A DNA stretch of 64,000 nt from assembly GCF_001194135.2 (NCBI RefSeq), contig NC_068981.1:191301871-191365870 (forward strand). Reading direction: 5' to 3'. The notes under the pieces were generated by a model, which saw only the letters and a program-made list of their open reading frames with translations, had not been told where the DNA came from and ran no database searches. The DNA is from Octopus bimaculoides (lineage: Eukaryota). The translations under genes and the position numbers were made by a program. Below are positions 28,256-43,200 of this stretch, in pieces; positions within the stretch are counted from its first letter, which is position 1, and every line of letters starts with the position of its first letter.

Positions 28256-29409
28256 CATCATCATCATCGTTTAACGTCCGTTTTCCATGCTGGCATGGGT
28301 TGGACGATTTGACTGGGGACTGGCGAACCAGATGGCGACACCAGACTCCAACCTGATCTGGCAAAGTTTCTACAGCTGGATGCCCTTCCTAACACCAACC
28401 ACTCTGAGAGTGTAGTGGGTGTTTTTATATGCCACCAATACGAGGGCCAGTCAGGCTGTTCTGGCAATGACCATGCTCAAAAGGTGTTTTTACGTGCTAC
28501 CTGCACGGGAGCCAGTCTGGCGGCACTGGCAATGACCACACTCGAATGTTGTTTTTCACGTGCCACCGGCACATGTGCTGGTAAGGCGATATTGGCAGCA
28601 ATCACACTCAAATGGTGCTTTTCACATATTACCGGCACGGGAGCCAATCCGTGGCCCTGGCAACTATCACGCTTGGATGTGCTTTTAACATTCCACTGGT
28701 ACGAGTGCCAGTCAGATGGTACTGTCATCGGCCACGTCAGCAATTTTGGTTTTGTATTCACTTGCCTCAATAGGTCATATATCTATATATGTCTGTATGT
28801 ATGTGTGTATATATACATGTGTGTGTACATATATATATGTATATGTATAAATTATTAAGGTGACTAGTTGCAGTTTAAAAACCAAAACACATGTGGTTTG
28901 GGGGTTTTATATATATGTGTATATATATATATTTGTGCTGTTAGATGTACAACTAGTACTGTATGTATTAGAGCTTCCCATAGATTATCATTATTCAATC
29001 AGCTTCCAATAATAGTGCGCTTCACATTGTTTTGGCTCAAATGATGCCATCCCACTGGTTAGACAACCAGGCCGACATCCCCACTGATCAGGATATTCTC
29101 TGACAGGGTCACTCATTTACAGCTGAGTGGACTGATGTAATGTGAGATGAAGTATTTTGCTCAAGAACACAACAAGCCACCCAGTCTGGAAATCGAACCC
29201 ATGATCTAGTAATTGTGAGTGTAATACACAAACCACTGAGCCATATGATGAGCTTCTTTCAGTTTCCATCAACCAAATCCACTCACAAAACTTAGGCTGG
29301 CCCAGGGCTATAGAAGAAGACAAGGAGCTCAAGGTGGCATACAGTGAAACTGAGCCTGAAACACATGGTTGAAAAGCAAACTCCACAACACAGCTATGAC
29401 TGTGCCTCT

Positions 29410-29462
<53 letters not shown>

Positions 29463-31559
29463 TAGATAGATACATTCACAGACACACATATCCACAAACA
29501 TACATATATGCACACTTCAGAAGATTTGGTTGTAGTGTACAAGAGTCTACTTTCACTTTACAACACGATGCATATGAAGAACGATGGCTGATTGGAGGTG
29601 TGCCAAATGATTCGAGCGAGAAGATTCATTGAAATAGAAAGACTGAGGAATGTTTGTGTAGACGGCAGTGATGGGATCTGATCTCATGATGCTTGACTTC
29701 ACACAATGTTAAATTACCATGTAGTAACATGCTTTGCAGGAACAGACCAGTCCAATCCATATATGATCATGAAAATGATGGTGGTGATTGTGATGCTTCT
29801 GTCGCTACTGCTGGTGTCATGCATACACATGCATGCACATATACGTACATATTAAATTCTTCGTATTGATTTTTCCAGTGGATTTTGAATGGTCATTTAA
29901 ATTTGGACATTCAGAGGAATTATTGGTGCATATATTTATTTTACAGCCATAAACTTTTCTTGCTGACCACTGATGCAAAGAGAAACTTTTCTGTTAAATA
30001 ATCTTTTGACTAAATATTCTTTGTCCAAGAATATATATAATATCTGCAAACACAAATTCCAGACTCTTTCACAATCACTGTGTATTTAGACAACTGAAAT
30101 AATAACTGGAAAAGATTTTCCAGTGAGGCCTTCTGCACAGAGAACAAATAGTTAAGTGCTGCCCAATGTATTTAATATAGTGAGCGAAAAAATACGTTTA
30201 ATTAATCACAGTGAAGGCACATGGCTTAGTGACTAGGGTTCTCAGCTCACAATTGTTAGGTCATGAGTTCAATTCCCAGCAGTATATTGTGTTCTTGAAC
30301 AAGACTTTCTATTTCACATTGCTTCAGTTTGCTCAGATGGCAAAAATGAGTAGTACCTGTATTTCAAGGGGCTGGCCTTGTCACATTCTGTGTCGCGCTG
30401 AATCTCCCTGAGAACTATGTTAATGATATGCATGTCTCTGGAGTACTCAGTCACATGCATATGAATTTCAATGGAACAGGCTGTTCCATTGATCGTATCA
30501 ACAAGAACCCTCTTAATTGTAACGATGGAATGCCTGTTTTTTTTTGTTTTTTTTACCTATCACAATTATATCTGTATTTAAGATAATCTGAATTAAAATA
30601 ATCTTAATGCCTTGCTTCCCTGATCATGGTTACATTGAAGCTCCGACGTCTGGCAACTAACTTGGTAAACACCCACAAAATTATTAACCATCACACCAAC
30701 AACCACCTTGAACACCTTTTTGAGCACCATATGTCTAACACACATGGGCATGCCCGCAAAGTCAGAAAACAGCACAGCTCCCATGACTTTTGGAAACAGT
30801 TTTTCACACTCGGAGTTACTGAAGCACGGAACAAACTACCTGCATCAGTTGTTAGTTGCTGAGACATTGCATCCTTTAAAACCTTTAAATAATCTTTGAT
30901 TAATTCATTGTTTTGATGTTATTTTCTTCTCTCTTCATCAGGGTATCATAACCACAACATCTGAATTAGATCGAGAAGTACTGACCAGTTCTTACCAACA
31001 ATTTGCTGTCGAAGCAGTAGATTCAACAGGTCAAACAGTTGCCACAACTGCTGTAAGTAATTTTTCCACCCCTTTGGTTTTTTTCCCCCATTTTTTTTTA
31101 CTTCACAGCATTTTTCTTGTATTATTTCTATTTATCTTTTACATGTGTCAGTCATTGGACTATGGCCATGCTGGAGCACTGACTTCAATGGTTTAGTCAA
31201 GCAAATCGACACTTGTACCTATTTTAAATATTGTACTTATTTTATTGGTCTCTTTTACCAAACTGCTAAGTCAACAGGGGTATAAACAAACCAGCATTGG
31301 TTGTTAAGGTGGGAGATATAAACACACAAACATACACACATATATACAGATACCACACAGATTCCATCTACCAAATTCATTCACAAGCCTGAAGCTATAG
31401 TAGAAGCCCAAGGTGCCAAGCAGTGGGAATGAACCTGAAACCACACAGTTGCCAAGCAAGCTCCTTAACCACACATCCATACCTCATAATAGTTTTATAG
31501 GCTCAGGCAGACCAAAGCCTTGTGAGTGGATTTGGTAGACAGAAACTGAAAGAAGCCTG

Positions 31560-31600
<41 letters not shown>

Positions 31601-32257
31601 AGCTAGAAGGCTGCACCAGGCTCCAATCTTCACTTGACTAAAACTCTTCAAGGCGGTGCTCCAGCATGGCCGCAGTCAAATGACTGAAACAAGTGTAAGA
31701 ATAAAAGAAAACTACTGATTAAAAATACTGTGAACAAATAACACTGTTTTGGGTCATAAATTTTTTACATATGCAGCTGTAAACTATGGCCTCTGGATGA
31801 AGTAAACACTCTTGATGAGCTGGTAAATGCCTGTGAAACTAGCTGAGCTTCTCCTTCAGTCTATTCTGCAGAGAGGAACCTTTTCTTTAATTCACCAGAA
31901 AGTTTATTTTCACAGTCTGGCTAAAAATATGTTTGTTAATTATATGCGCAAAAATATAATTACAATTTATAGATATAAATAATTTTTTAATATTTTAGTT
32001 AAATATAATATACTGCCTGAAAATGTATTGATATGCAAATAAGCAGAACCTATGGCACTTGTTCATAATATTTTATGTAAGACACTTTTGATAAGTTAAT
32101 TATGGCCAGTAAAACTAGTGAAGCTTATTCTTCTATTTCTCCTGCAGTGAGAGAGTGTGAAAGAGAGAGAGAGCAAAGGCTCTCTCTTTCTCGTTCTCTC
32201 ACTGCAGGAGAGAGAGAATATGTACATTATATAAATGAAGAATATAATGCCCACGCA

Positions 32258-32326
<69 letters not shown>

Positions 32327-32684
32327 NNNNNNNNNNNNNNNNNNNNNNNNNNNNNNNNNNNNNNNNNNNNNNNNNNNNNNNNNNNNNNNNNNNNNNNNNN
32401 NNNNNNNNNNNNNNNNNNNNNNNNNNNNNNNNNNNNNNNNNNNNNNNNNNNNNNNNNNNNNNNNNNNNNNNNNNNNNNNNNNNNNNNNNNNNNNGTCATT
32501 TCATTATTTAACCCTTTCGTTACCAACCCGGCTGAAACTGGCTCTGGCTCTGTAGGAGAAATGTCCTGTTTTCATAAGTTTTGAATTAAAATCTTCCACC
32601 AAACCTTAATCACAATTTATGTTCCTAACACTAGCTGAATGATAACTAAGTTATTTTACTAAATTCTTTGTTATATTTCAAAAT

Positions 32685-32737
<53 letters not shown>

Positions 32738-35700
32738 CATCTCAAAAGAAATACGGTAATGAAAGGGTTAAGTCTTAAGATTCTTCACTTCCACTTTTGC
32801 ATTCAGTCCTCTTCCTGCTCCTCAGAGAAAGATTTTTTTTATTTCAAGTTATTCTTTATTGCTTCTTTCATTTTCATTCACTCTTGATCTGTCTATTTCT
32901 CATTTTCTTTTGTTCTCTTTCCCAGTTGTCTATATTTCTCTTATTCTATCAAGTGCCTGTTGATCAACTGATTTTCATTTTTGGAGCAGGAATTTTTGTG
33001 TGTGATAACCTTTCCATTTTCATTCTTCTCTTTCTTTTCTATATAGGTTCCCCTAAATATCAGTTTAACTATTCTACTCCCCCCTTGCTTCTCATTAAAG
33101 CAATTACCATTTAATCATGGTATCTGTTTGCTCTGCAATGAAAGGTTACAATGCCACATAAAAAGCACTATTACTGGTACCACGTAAAAAGTATTGGTGA
33201 TGGTGCCACATAAAAAGCACCCAATGTACTCAGTAAAGTGGTTGGCATTAGGAAGGGCATCCAGCTGTAGAAACCAAGCCAAAACAGACTATAGAACCTG
33301 GTGTGGCTCCTCACCTTACCAACTCATGCCAGCATGGAAAACAGACATTAAATGATAATGATAAATGATGGTGAGATATATATATATCATCATCATCGTT
33401 CAACGTCCACCTTCCATGCTAGCATGGGTTGGACGATTTGACTGAGGACTGGCAAACCAGATGGCTACACCAGGCTCCAATCTGATTTGGAAGAGTTTCT
33501 ACAGCTGGATGGCCTTCCTAATGCCAACCACTCCGAGAGTGTAGTGGGTGCTTTTACGTGCCACCGGCATGGGAGCAAGACCGCTGCTCTGGCAGTGATC
33601 CCACTTGGATGATGCTGTTAGCGCTCCACTGACACAGGTGCCAGCCATCAAATATATATATATATATATATATATATTCTCCTGTTAATTTCAATATGAG
33701 TTGTTTTATCAAATGGATGACCTACTCATTGGATTAATGTACAAAGGGTTTGAGTTTTCCATAGACATGCATACCCTTAGAGTAATTCTACAGTAGACAG
33801 CATGGCACCAGTGTGATGAGGTTGGGCTTTGGAATTACATGTATAGGCCATCCAACAGACTTTCACTCAGCCTCAATCCAAATTCAGTCACAAAGCTGGA
33901 GTCAAGCCAAGTTTATGGGCAAAGGCACCTGACCATGATGCCACCCAGTGAGATTGAACCTGAGACATCATAATCGTGAAGCTGACTTCTTAACCCCCTT
34001 TCTTCTTGCACATCTGTATGTATGTAGATATATTTTTATATAATTGTGTTCTATCGCTGCAGATTGTTGTGAACATCACTGATGCCAATGATAATGCACC
34101 CAGATGCACTTTCCCGCTGTATAAATTTACGCATGTAGAAGATTCCTTTTTGGGTTCCATTGTTGGAAGAATTCATGCCACAGATGAAGACAGTGGGAAA
34201 AATGCCAGATTGAAATTTAGCATCATCGGAGGCAATGTCGGTAAGTTATATTGATTTGTCTCTGTTATGACTCTTCCAGTAGTCTTTGTCTGTGTGATTC
34301 CATTCACATTAGTCTTCCGAAACTGTCTGCCCTGTGCTAGGGAAATTGTGTCCAACCATTCCTTCAGATGATGATGATTATGATCCACAAAATTCAAAAG
34401 AAAACCTTCATAACCCATCAAATACTGTTTCAAATTTTGGCGTGAGGCCAGCCGTTTTGAGTGGAGGGGGTTCATCAATTATATTGACCCCAGTACATAA
34501 CTGGTGCTTTTATTTTTTTTCTTTATTGCCCACAAGGGGCTAAGCATAGAGGGGACAAACAAGGACTAACAAACGGGTTAAGTCAATTACATCAACCCCA
34601 GTGCGTAACTGGTACTTAATTTATCGACACCAAAAGGATGAAAGGCAAAGTCAACCTCGGCAGAGTTTGAACTCAAAACGTAACAGCAGACGAAATACCG
34701 CTAAGCATTTCGTCCGGCATGCTAACGATTCTGCCAGCCTGCCGCCTGGTGCTTTTATTTTACCAACATTAAAGGATGAAAGGCAGAATTAACCTCAGCA
34801 AGCTTTGAGCTGTTGTTGATGTGATTCTTGATAAAATTTTATGATTGATTTGTCAAAGAAAAAAAAGCTCAAACAAAATCAGAACTGGTCAGCCACCTCA
34901 GAACCAGCCATGGTAGAAATGCATTATATTCATGTGTGTGTTTTAAGTTGATTTGATAATGACATCATGACAACTACTGTGCATGCACTTGTACCGTTCT
35001 TTGCAGCTTTTCTTTACTTGACTTTCGATGTCTGCTCTCTGCCCTTTCTTTTAACCTTTTCTAACAAGCTGTAGCGCACCTGAGCTCTATATGCAATAAG
35101 CTCATCATCATCATCACCACCATCATCATCATCACCACCATCATCATCATTGGTGAGCTGACAGAATTGTGAGAGTAGAAAGGTGGTGAGCTGGCAGAAA
35201 CGTTAGCACGCCGGGCGAAATGCTTAGCGGTATTTCGTCTGCCGTTACGTTCTGAGTTCAAATTCCGCCAAGGTCAACTTTTTTCCTTTCATCCTTTCGG
35301 GATCGATAAATAAAGTACCAGTTACGCACTGGGGTCAATGTAATCGACTTAATCCCTTTGTCTGTCCTTGTTTGTCCCCTCTATGTTTAGCCCCTTGTGG
35401 GCAATAAAGAAATAAAAAATAAGAATTGTGAGAGCATCAGGAAAAATTACTTTGCACCATTCCTTCTAACTCATTATGCTCTGTGTTCAAATCCTGCCAA
35501 GTTCAACTTAACCTTTCATCCTTTTGAGGTCAGTAAAATAAGTATTGATCAAATACTGGAGTCAATGTAATCAGCTAAAACCCTCCCCTAAAATTGCTGG
35601 CCTTGTGCCAAAATTTGAAGCCATTGTTATTAATATAATTCTTCTTCTAATCTGTATGTTTGATGTAATCACTTGCCAGGACACACCTAGTACCCCAGGG

Positions 35701-35997
35701 TGACAGTTAAAAGATGTTGAAATATAAATGAAAACTTGGGGAAGGCAAGTGAGGAAGGCAATACAGAAATACATTTATATAATACAAAACAAACATTTAA
35801 ACTGATAGAGTTTTTCTAAAGCTGTGGCTGGTACTTGTCAACAAAATCGTTTGGACTTCTATGGGATATGGTTCTCCTGGGATGTTTCTTGATGTTTCTG
35901 ACATCTTTATTTTTATCATACCTAGGACATCAACAATAACTATTATTATTATTATCATCTATGCAATTTTGTGTACCTTCGTGTCAAAATATTAACA

Positions 35998-36055
<58 letters not shown>

Positions 36056-36328
36056 AATACCACCAGGTTTGACAGAATTTGTTGAGGCAGATTTTCTGTG
36101 GCCAGATACACTTCCTCTCACCATCCCTCATAAGTTTNNNNNNNNNNNNNNNNNNNNNNNNNNNNNNNNNNNNNNNNNNNNNNNNNNNNNNNNNNNNNNN
36201 NNNNNNNNNNNNNNNNNNNNNNNNNNNNNNNNNNNNNNNNNNNNNNNNNNNNNNNNNNNNNNNNNNNNNNNNNNNNNNNNNNNNNGTGGTGGAACAAATA
36301 CACACACACACACTCACGCACACACACA

Positions 36329-36364
<36 letters not shown>

Positions 36365-37154
36365 AACACTCACACACACATTCACAAACACTCACATAAT
36401 AGGTTTCTTCCAGTCTCTGCCAAATCCACTCCTAAGGCTTAGTTGACCCAGTGCCATAGTAGAAGACACTTGCCCAAAGTGTCACACCACAGGATTGAAC
36501 CCCAAACCTTATGTTTAGGAAGCAAGCTTCTTAACCACTCAACCACATTTGCACTTCAGTAGCCACATAAAATCTTTTATCTTCCTTTTGTTGAAACTAA
36601 ACTCATATTAATTAATGACACTTGTTTGATATTAATCACAGAGAATTTCTAGCCATGATCTTCTGACAAATAACTCTGTTAAGTATGGATTCTGTTTTGT
36701 ACTGCTGTATTTGTTGTTGTTTTCCCATATCACCCCCACCCCTCCACTCCTAGGCATGTCATTTTCCATCAGTAATTAATCAGTTATTAATATTTGTATG
36801 TTATTCTTCTAACAAGATAATCAAGATGATGCTCAGATCTTATCATAAATTTTATCACACATTCATTTGTCCAATATCTTCCAATCTTTATACCTGCTGG
36901 TTATATATCGTTAGAGAACTTACATTTACTGGTGGTGGTCATCATCATTGTAGCATCCACTTTTCCATGATTGCATGGGTCAGATGGAACATTCTACAGC
37001 CAGATGCCCTTCCTGTCACCAACCCTTGCCTGTTTCCAAGCAAGGTTATATTACCTTTTGGCCAGACATGTTTAACATGAAAAACTGGAAATGAACAGCA
37101 ATGATCATGGACTTTGTTTATGACCATGATATCAAGGGCACACACACACACTCA

Positions 37155-37207
<53 letters not shown>

Positions 37208-40200
37208 CATCCACATGTATATACATAACAGGCTTCTTTCAATTTCTGTCAACTAAAAACTTTTGTCCCAGGTACCGCTCAGTGAGACTGAACCTGAAAC
37301 TATGTGGTCAGGAAGCAAACTTCTTAACCACACATCTGTACATGTGCTCATAGTGATATCTCTATAAGTAAGAGAACTTATGTCTATGATGGTGTTCTTA
37401 TATAATGTTAGAGAACTTATCCTACAGTTATATACACTTATACTTCAATTTGATTAACATTGGCCAATACACACGCATACACACATATCCTCCAGTAGAA
37501 GTCGGTTCAAAGTATCTGTTTTTGATATTGATTGAACACTGTTCAATATTCTCCATAGACTGGAATTATTTTGACAATATTGAGTTGGAAGTATTAAAAC
37601 TTTGTTTCTACAGATTGTTTTGTCAATATTTATTTATCTGTTCCATAAAGAAGAAGATGGTCAATAAGAGAAAACACAAGACATAATATTTCATTGTGGC
37701 TAGTTCAGTTTTTATTGTAACTAATACAGTACTTTATTGTTCTGTAACAAAGATATATTTTTGGCTGGTTGACAGATGAACAAAAGTTTGTGTGATGCTC
37801 CAAACACAAAATACTTATATATTATTAACAAAAAATGTTGTTATTGTGACAAATAACAGAAAAAATATATATTTAAGCCAAGCGAGGAGTCAGTTGGTGT
37901 GTATCCATGAGAGATGTGTATCAGCAATGTTAGAAGCATAGATTCTTACAGTTAGTTGGCTTATGCTATGTCACAACAAACAGCTAGTTGTAATTATGAG
38001 GTAAACCAACTATATATGGCTGATGGCCTGTCAAAGAGAAGGTGTCAAAGAAAAAATGAGATTTCACTTTGTTGTTTATAACATCTTGGATTCTAATGAG
38101 TTAAACATCTTTTGGTTCTATTGTTTTCACTTTCAGCGACTTGAATGAATTGATCCTTTACTGACGTCATCAGTCTGTGACAGAATCCTGTTTTTATTCT
38201 TTAGTTATTTTTGCATTTGAACACAGTGATTCAGGTTCAATTCTTAGCCAATGAGTCAGTGTTTGGGACTCTCTCAGTATTCCTGTTACTGTTCTAAATT
38301 GATATTTTGAAGAAGAGTTTTTAACTTTGCCTTTCACCCTTTCTGGGTCGATTAAGAAGCCCCAGAAATGGGTTGATACAATTCAGTTGCAAAAGTTGCT
38401 TTGTACCACTATGTGGAATCTTTTCTTTAGAAGCATCTTTTATCATTCATAATCACTTGTTAAGTTTCTCTACTTTCACAATAAAACACCAAACACTCCT
38501 CCTGTACATTACAACAAAACCATATTCTTCCCTGTGGACTTTTTGTTTCTTAACCTTACAGGAATCCCCCTTTCTGGTAAAGATAGCATCAGATTGACTC
38601 GCAGCCCTATACACCTCCTCTCTGCACCCCTGATAAATAGGTTAACAGTCAGTTGATTATTGTTGTTATTAATCCTCAGGTAGGATCTGATTAAGCTGAC
38701 CTATTTTCAAAAGTATCCCAGCCATTCCAATGATCTCTCTCTCTCTCCCTCTCTATCTATTTATCTATCTCCCCCTCTCTCTCTCCCTCTCTCTCTCCCC
38801 TCTCTCTCTCCTCCCCTTCTCTCTCTCCCCCTCTCTCTCTCTCCAAGAATAATGTATCTAGAATTACATTTTCTAAAATGTCTTTAAGACAGCAAGATTG
38901 GTTTGAGGAAGGTTTGGCTACTATATTTTCAACAGCTTGAGTGACATCATAGAAGCTCCCCAACCCATCCCAGCTGGTTGTTTTAGATTGCACTCAGGAT
39001 GTTCCTCTATGTCACACAGCTTCACAAAGTGGTTGCTTCTTCATTCCTTGAAGACATATACTCTGATGAATCCATTTGGCTTTAGTCCTGGCATATCCAT
39101 ACCAATTTCTTTCACACTAACATTTCCAGCATCTTTGAGAAAATTCTCACAATGAACATATAAAAACTGATCAAAACTTCAATACATATCTAACATGATT
39201 TTTGTTTCTTTTCTCTTCTAAATCAGGAAACACGTTTAAGATTACAAACAATGGTGACCTAATGTTGAATGAAATTCTTGACCGAGAAACAGTGAATATC
39301 TACAATTTGACCATTTTGGTAAGATTTTTTTTTTGTTACTTAAATTTTCACATGGGAACAGACATAATAAAATCAACAGATTCATATTGAAGTGGGGTTC
39401 ATGATTAACTGAACTATGGAAAGAAGGGGGTCAGCAATTTGTTTTCATAATGGTTCATTTTCAATGTTTTACTCTTTCCCATAACCCGTGTAATATTTAT
39501 ATCATATCTTAGCAGTAACTCTGTCTTGGACCCTACAAGTCATCGGGCTGGTGACCCAGTTTCCATGGCGTATGACTGAGATCACAACAGTGTTTCTCCA
39601 CCACCACCAAATCTGAACAGGATGCTAGTTCATTGCTGGGTTACTCATCTGCAGCTAAGTGGACAGGAGAAACATAAAATCAAGCGTTTTGCTCCAGTAC
39701 ACTATGCCTTATCCAGTTCGGGAATCAAAACATCTTCACATCATATCTTACATACAAAAATATCTTTGCATACCTACCATCCTCTATTTCCAATAGAACC
39801 TCTCAGATTCATCTGTGAACTGTGGCCCACCTGTTATCAACCTCTTGATAACAGGGGGGGTTGCAGATTATAGGAGTTACAGAAATAATTGAGGGCTGGA
39901 TTACTCCCCCTTATTTTCATTAGTTATGTCCCTTTAAGTGTTTTTTTATATATAATACTAGCAGAGATACCCGGCGCTGCTCGAGATAAAAATCGTTTAG
40001 TTTGTATATACAAAATTTTGTGCTGCATCTGAGAAAGTAACAGTTAGTTCGTGATATATATGTGTTTACGTATGTATATGTGTAAATGCGTATGCATGCA
40101 TATACGTATTTATGTATGTGAGCATTTATATATGTGTGTAGACATGTCTGCATATGTGTACGAACATGTAAATGTATGTTTATGTACTGATATGTGTGTC

Positions 40201-43200
40201 TGTTCAAGTTGTATATATAACTGTTACTCCATCAAAGGTTGTCATCATCATCATCATCGTCGTTTAACGTCCGCTTTCCATGCTAGCATGGGTTGGACGA
40301 TATATATATAACTCTGCCAAATTAGATTGGAGCCTGGTGTTGCCATCCGGTTTCACCAGTCCTCAGTCAAATCGTCCAACCCATGCTAGCATGGAAAGCG
40401 GACGTTAAACGATGATGATGATGATATATATATATATATATATATGTTCTGAGCACATGATCTCAGATCAAGACACTTGCTATGCAAATACATCTCCGTA
40501 AATAAAAAGATTATCTCTATGAAATGTCATTGTTTTAATCGAAATGAAAATAAAATTTCGTATTGACATTGACCAGCCCTCACATACCTCGCATAAGGTA
40601 ACTTACACAGAAAGACACACACATTGTGAGACATATATACACTCATACACTCACACACATACATTCACAGACAGATACACAATCATACAAAATGTGATGT
40701 CATCATTGTCAGAATTAAAAATAGAAGTATAAAAGTGAAATGATATATCACATTACAATATAGATGTTATTCTTTCACTTTTATTCTTTGAGCTTTGACA
40801 TATAATACGGAATCAGTGCCAATGTTGCATTGTTTTAATTCAAAAACATTGCATATTGACACTCACATGGTCTGATAGTATTACCATGTAAAATTTAGTT
40901 TGATTTAGTTGAAACGTTTGTGATATATATATAGAGAGAGAGATTATATGATAATGATGTAACTAACAAGTTCAGCAAATATAATAACATTAGTAAAACC
41001 AATATCATCTTAACTAGTTTGAATACAATTAGCAAAGAGGGAAGCTTGGTAAAGTAACCTTTCATCCTTAACAATGATAATGAGATCAAAACAACAATGA
41101 TAATGAGAAACAAAACAACATGAAATATGATAAACTATGTCCACTGTCTTTGTCATTGTATATAATTGTTATGAAAGTTAATATATACAGCATGGCATTG
41201 TGTTTTCATATTGATAATCTATGTGAAATTGGTGGTCATGTGATCTGTTAAAGAAATTAATGTTTGTAATACACTTCAATCATTGGGCAATAAACTGTGC
41301 TTGAGAAGACCTGTTGAGTCAAGTAAAATCATTGTCGTGGCCAATGCTAGTACTGCCTGACTGGCACCCGCGCCAGTGCCACCTGACTGGCCCTCATACC
41401 GGTGGCACGTAAATTGCACCCACTACACTCTCGGAGTGGTTGGCATTAGGAAGGGCATCCAGCTGTCGAAACACTGTCAGATCAGACTGGAGCCTGGTGC
41501 AGCCTCCAAGCTTCCCAGACCCCAGTCAAACCGTCCAACCCATGCCAGCATGGAAACCGGACATTACACAATGATGATGATGATATATTTGTATATAATA
41601 TATATATATATATATACATATCATCATCATCATCATCATCATCGTTTGACGTCCGCTTTCCATGCTAGCATGGGTTGGACGATTTGACTGAGGACTGGTG
41701 AAACAGGATGGCAACACCAGGCTCCAATCTAATTTGGCAGAATACCTACATATATTATTATTAAACAAGGATATTATTGACAGTGACTTCAAAGAAAAAT
41801 TGTTTTCATTATAACTGATTATAAAAGCAAACATTAACATGTGTGTGTGTGTGTATCTGTTTATGTACTTGCACAACAGAATTCTGTACAATTTCCACAT
41901 ACTGAATTCTATGAAAGAAGATACCTGATCAAGATGTCACACAATGAAATTGTAATCAGAACTAAGTGGTTAAAAAATCAAACTTCTTAAATACCACAGC
42001 CCACAATTTGTTTTTGTTTAAAAAAAAACAAATTAGATTTTCTCAAAACTCATTATTTAGTAAAATGGTAGAACAGTAGAAACACAAATATCTTTCAGTA
42101 GTTAGTTCCATTCCTCAATATTCTTAGTTCAAATCCCTCAAGATCAGCCTTACTTTTCGGCTCTCTCTGGAGAGTTTATAAAATATGTGCTAAACTCAAT
42201 ACAATTCACTCAATTCTTACTGTACAAATGTCTGGCTGTTTGCCAATGTAACCAATCAATATATTCTGTTTAATAAAGCAAATTTATTGTTTCCTACTGA
42301 AGAACATAGTTAGTGAGGCAATATGATACTAGTAAAGACATCCTGGAATAAACACTGTAAATAAAGAAAAGAAAAGTCAACTTGATTCCATCCAAATTTT
42401 TACTAAACAGAATGGTAAAAGATTATTTTTTATTGAAGTTACTTTTATCTATTTCCAAAATACCACATACACATATACACACTTATGTAAACAAAGCATC
42501 CATTCACATGCACACACACACACCCTCATTTAACATTCGTTTTTCGATACTGGCATGGATTGGATCTGACACACTTCAAGACTGCATGAAACTTCAGCAT
42601 TTGCTTTGGCATAGTTTCTATGACTAGATGCTCTTCCTAACACCAACCACTTTGCAGTAAGCATTGGGTGCTTTTTTCATGTCACCAGCATTGCTAGGAT
42701 TACCAAATAACTCATAACTAAGTTATTTGAGAGAGGAGGTGGTAACTTTATGCCAAAAGCCTTTATGTTAAAAGGCTTAAATACGATGGAGGGATAAGCA
42801 CAGGTGTCTTGCTATAGAGGAGATACATAGCTATCCCATACAACAGTTACATACATAAATCAAAAAATATATTTACATACATATATACTCTTTTCTCCTC
42901 AAGGGACAAGGGTCGAAACTTGGGGGGGGGGGCAGTCAATTAGATTGACCAGTACACAACTGGTACTTAATTTATCGACCCTGAAAGGATGAAAGGCAAA
43001 GTTGACCTCAGTGGAATTTGAACTTAGAACGTAAAGACAGACGAAATACCGCTAAGTATTTCGCCCGGCGTGCTAACGTTTCTTATTTCTTTACTGCTCA
43101 CAAGGGGCTAAATATAGAGGGGACAAACAAGGACTGACAAATGGATTAAGTCGATTACATCGACCCCAGTGCATAACTGGTACTTAATTTATCGACCCCC

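Noticed and set aside
38910-39178. Protein-like minus-strand frame next to exon 8 ([20 protein letters not shown]...)
   Set aside because: Internal stop, no start or splice sites, no recognisable family
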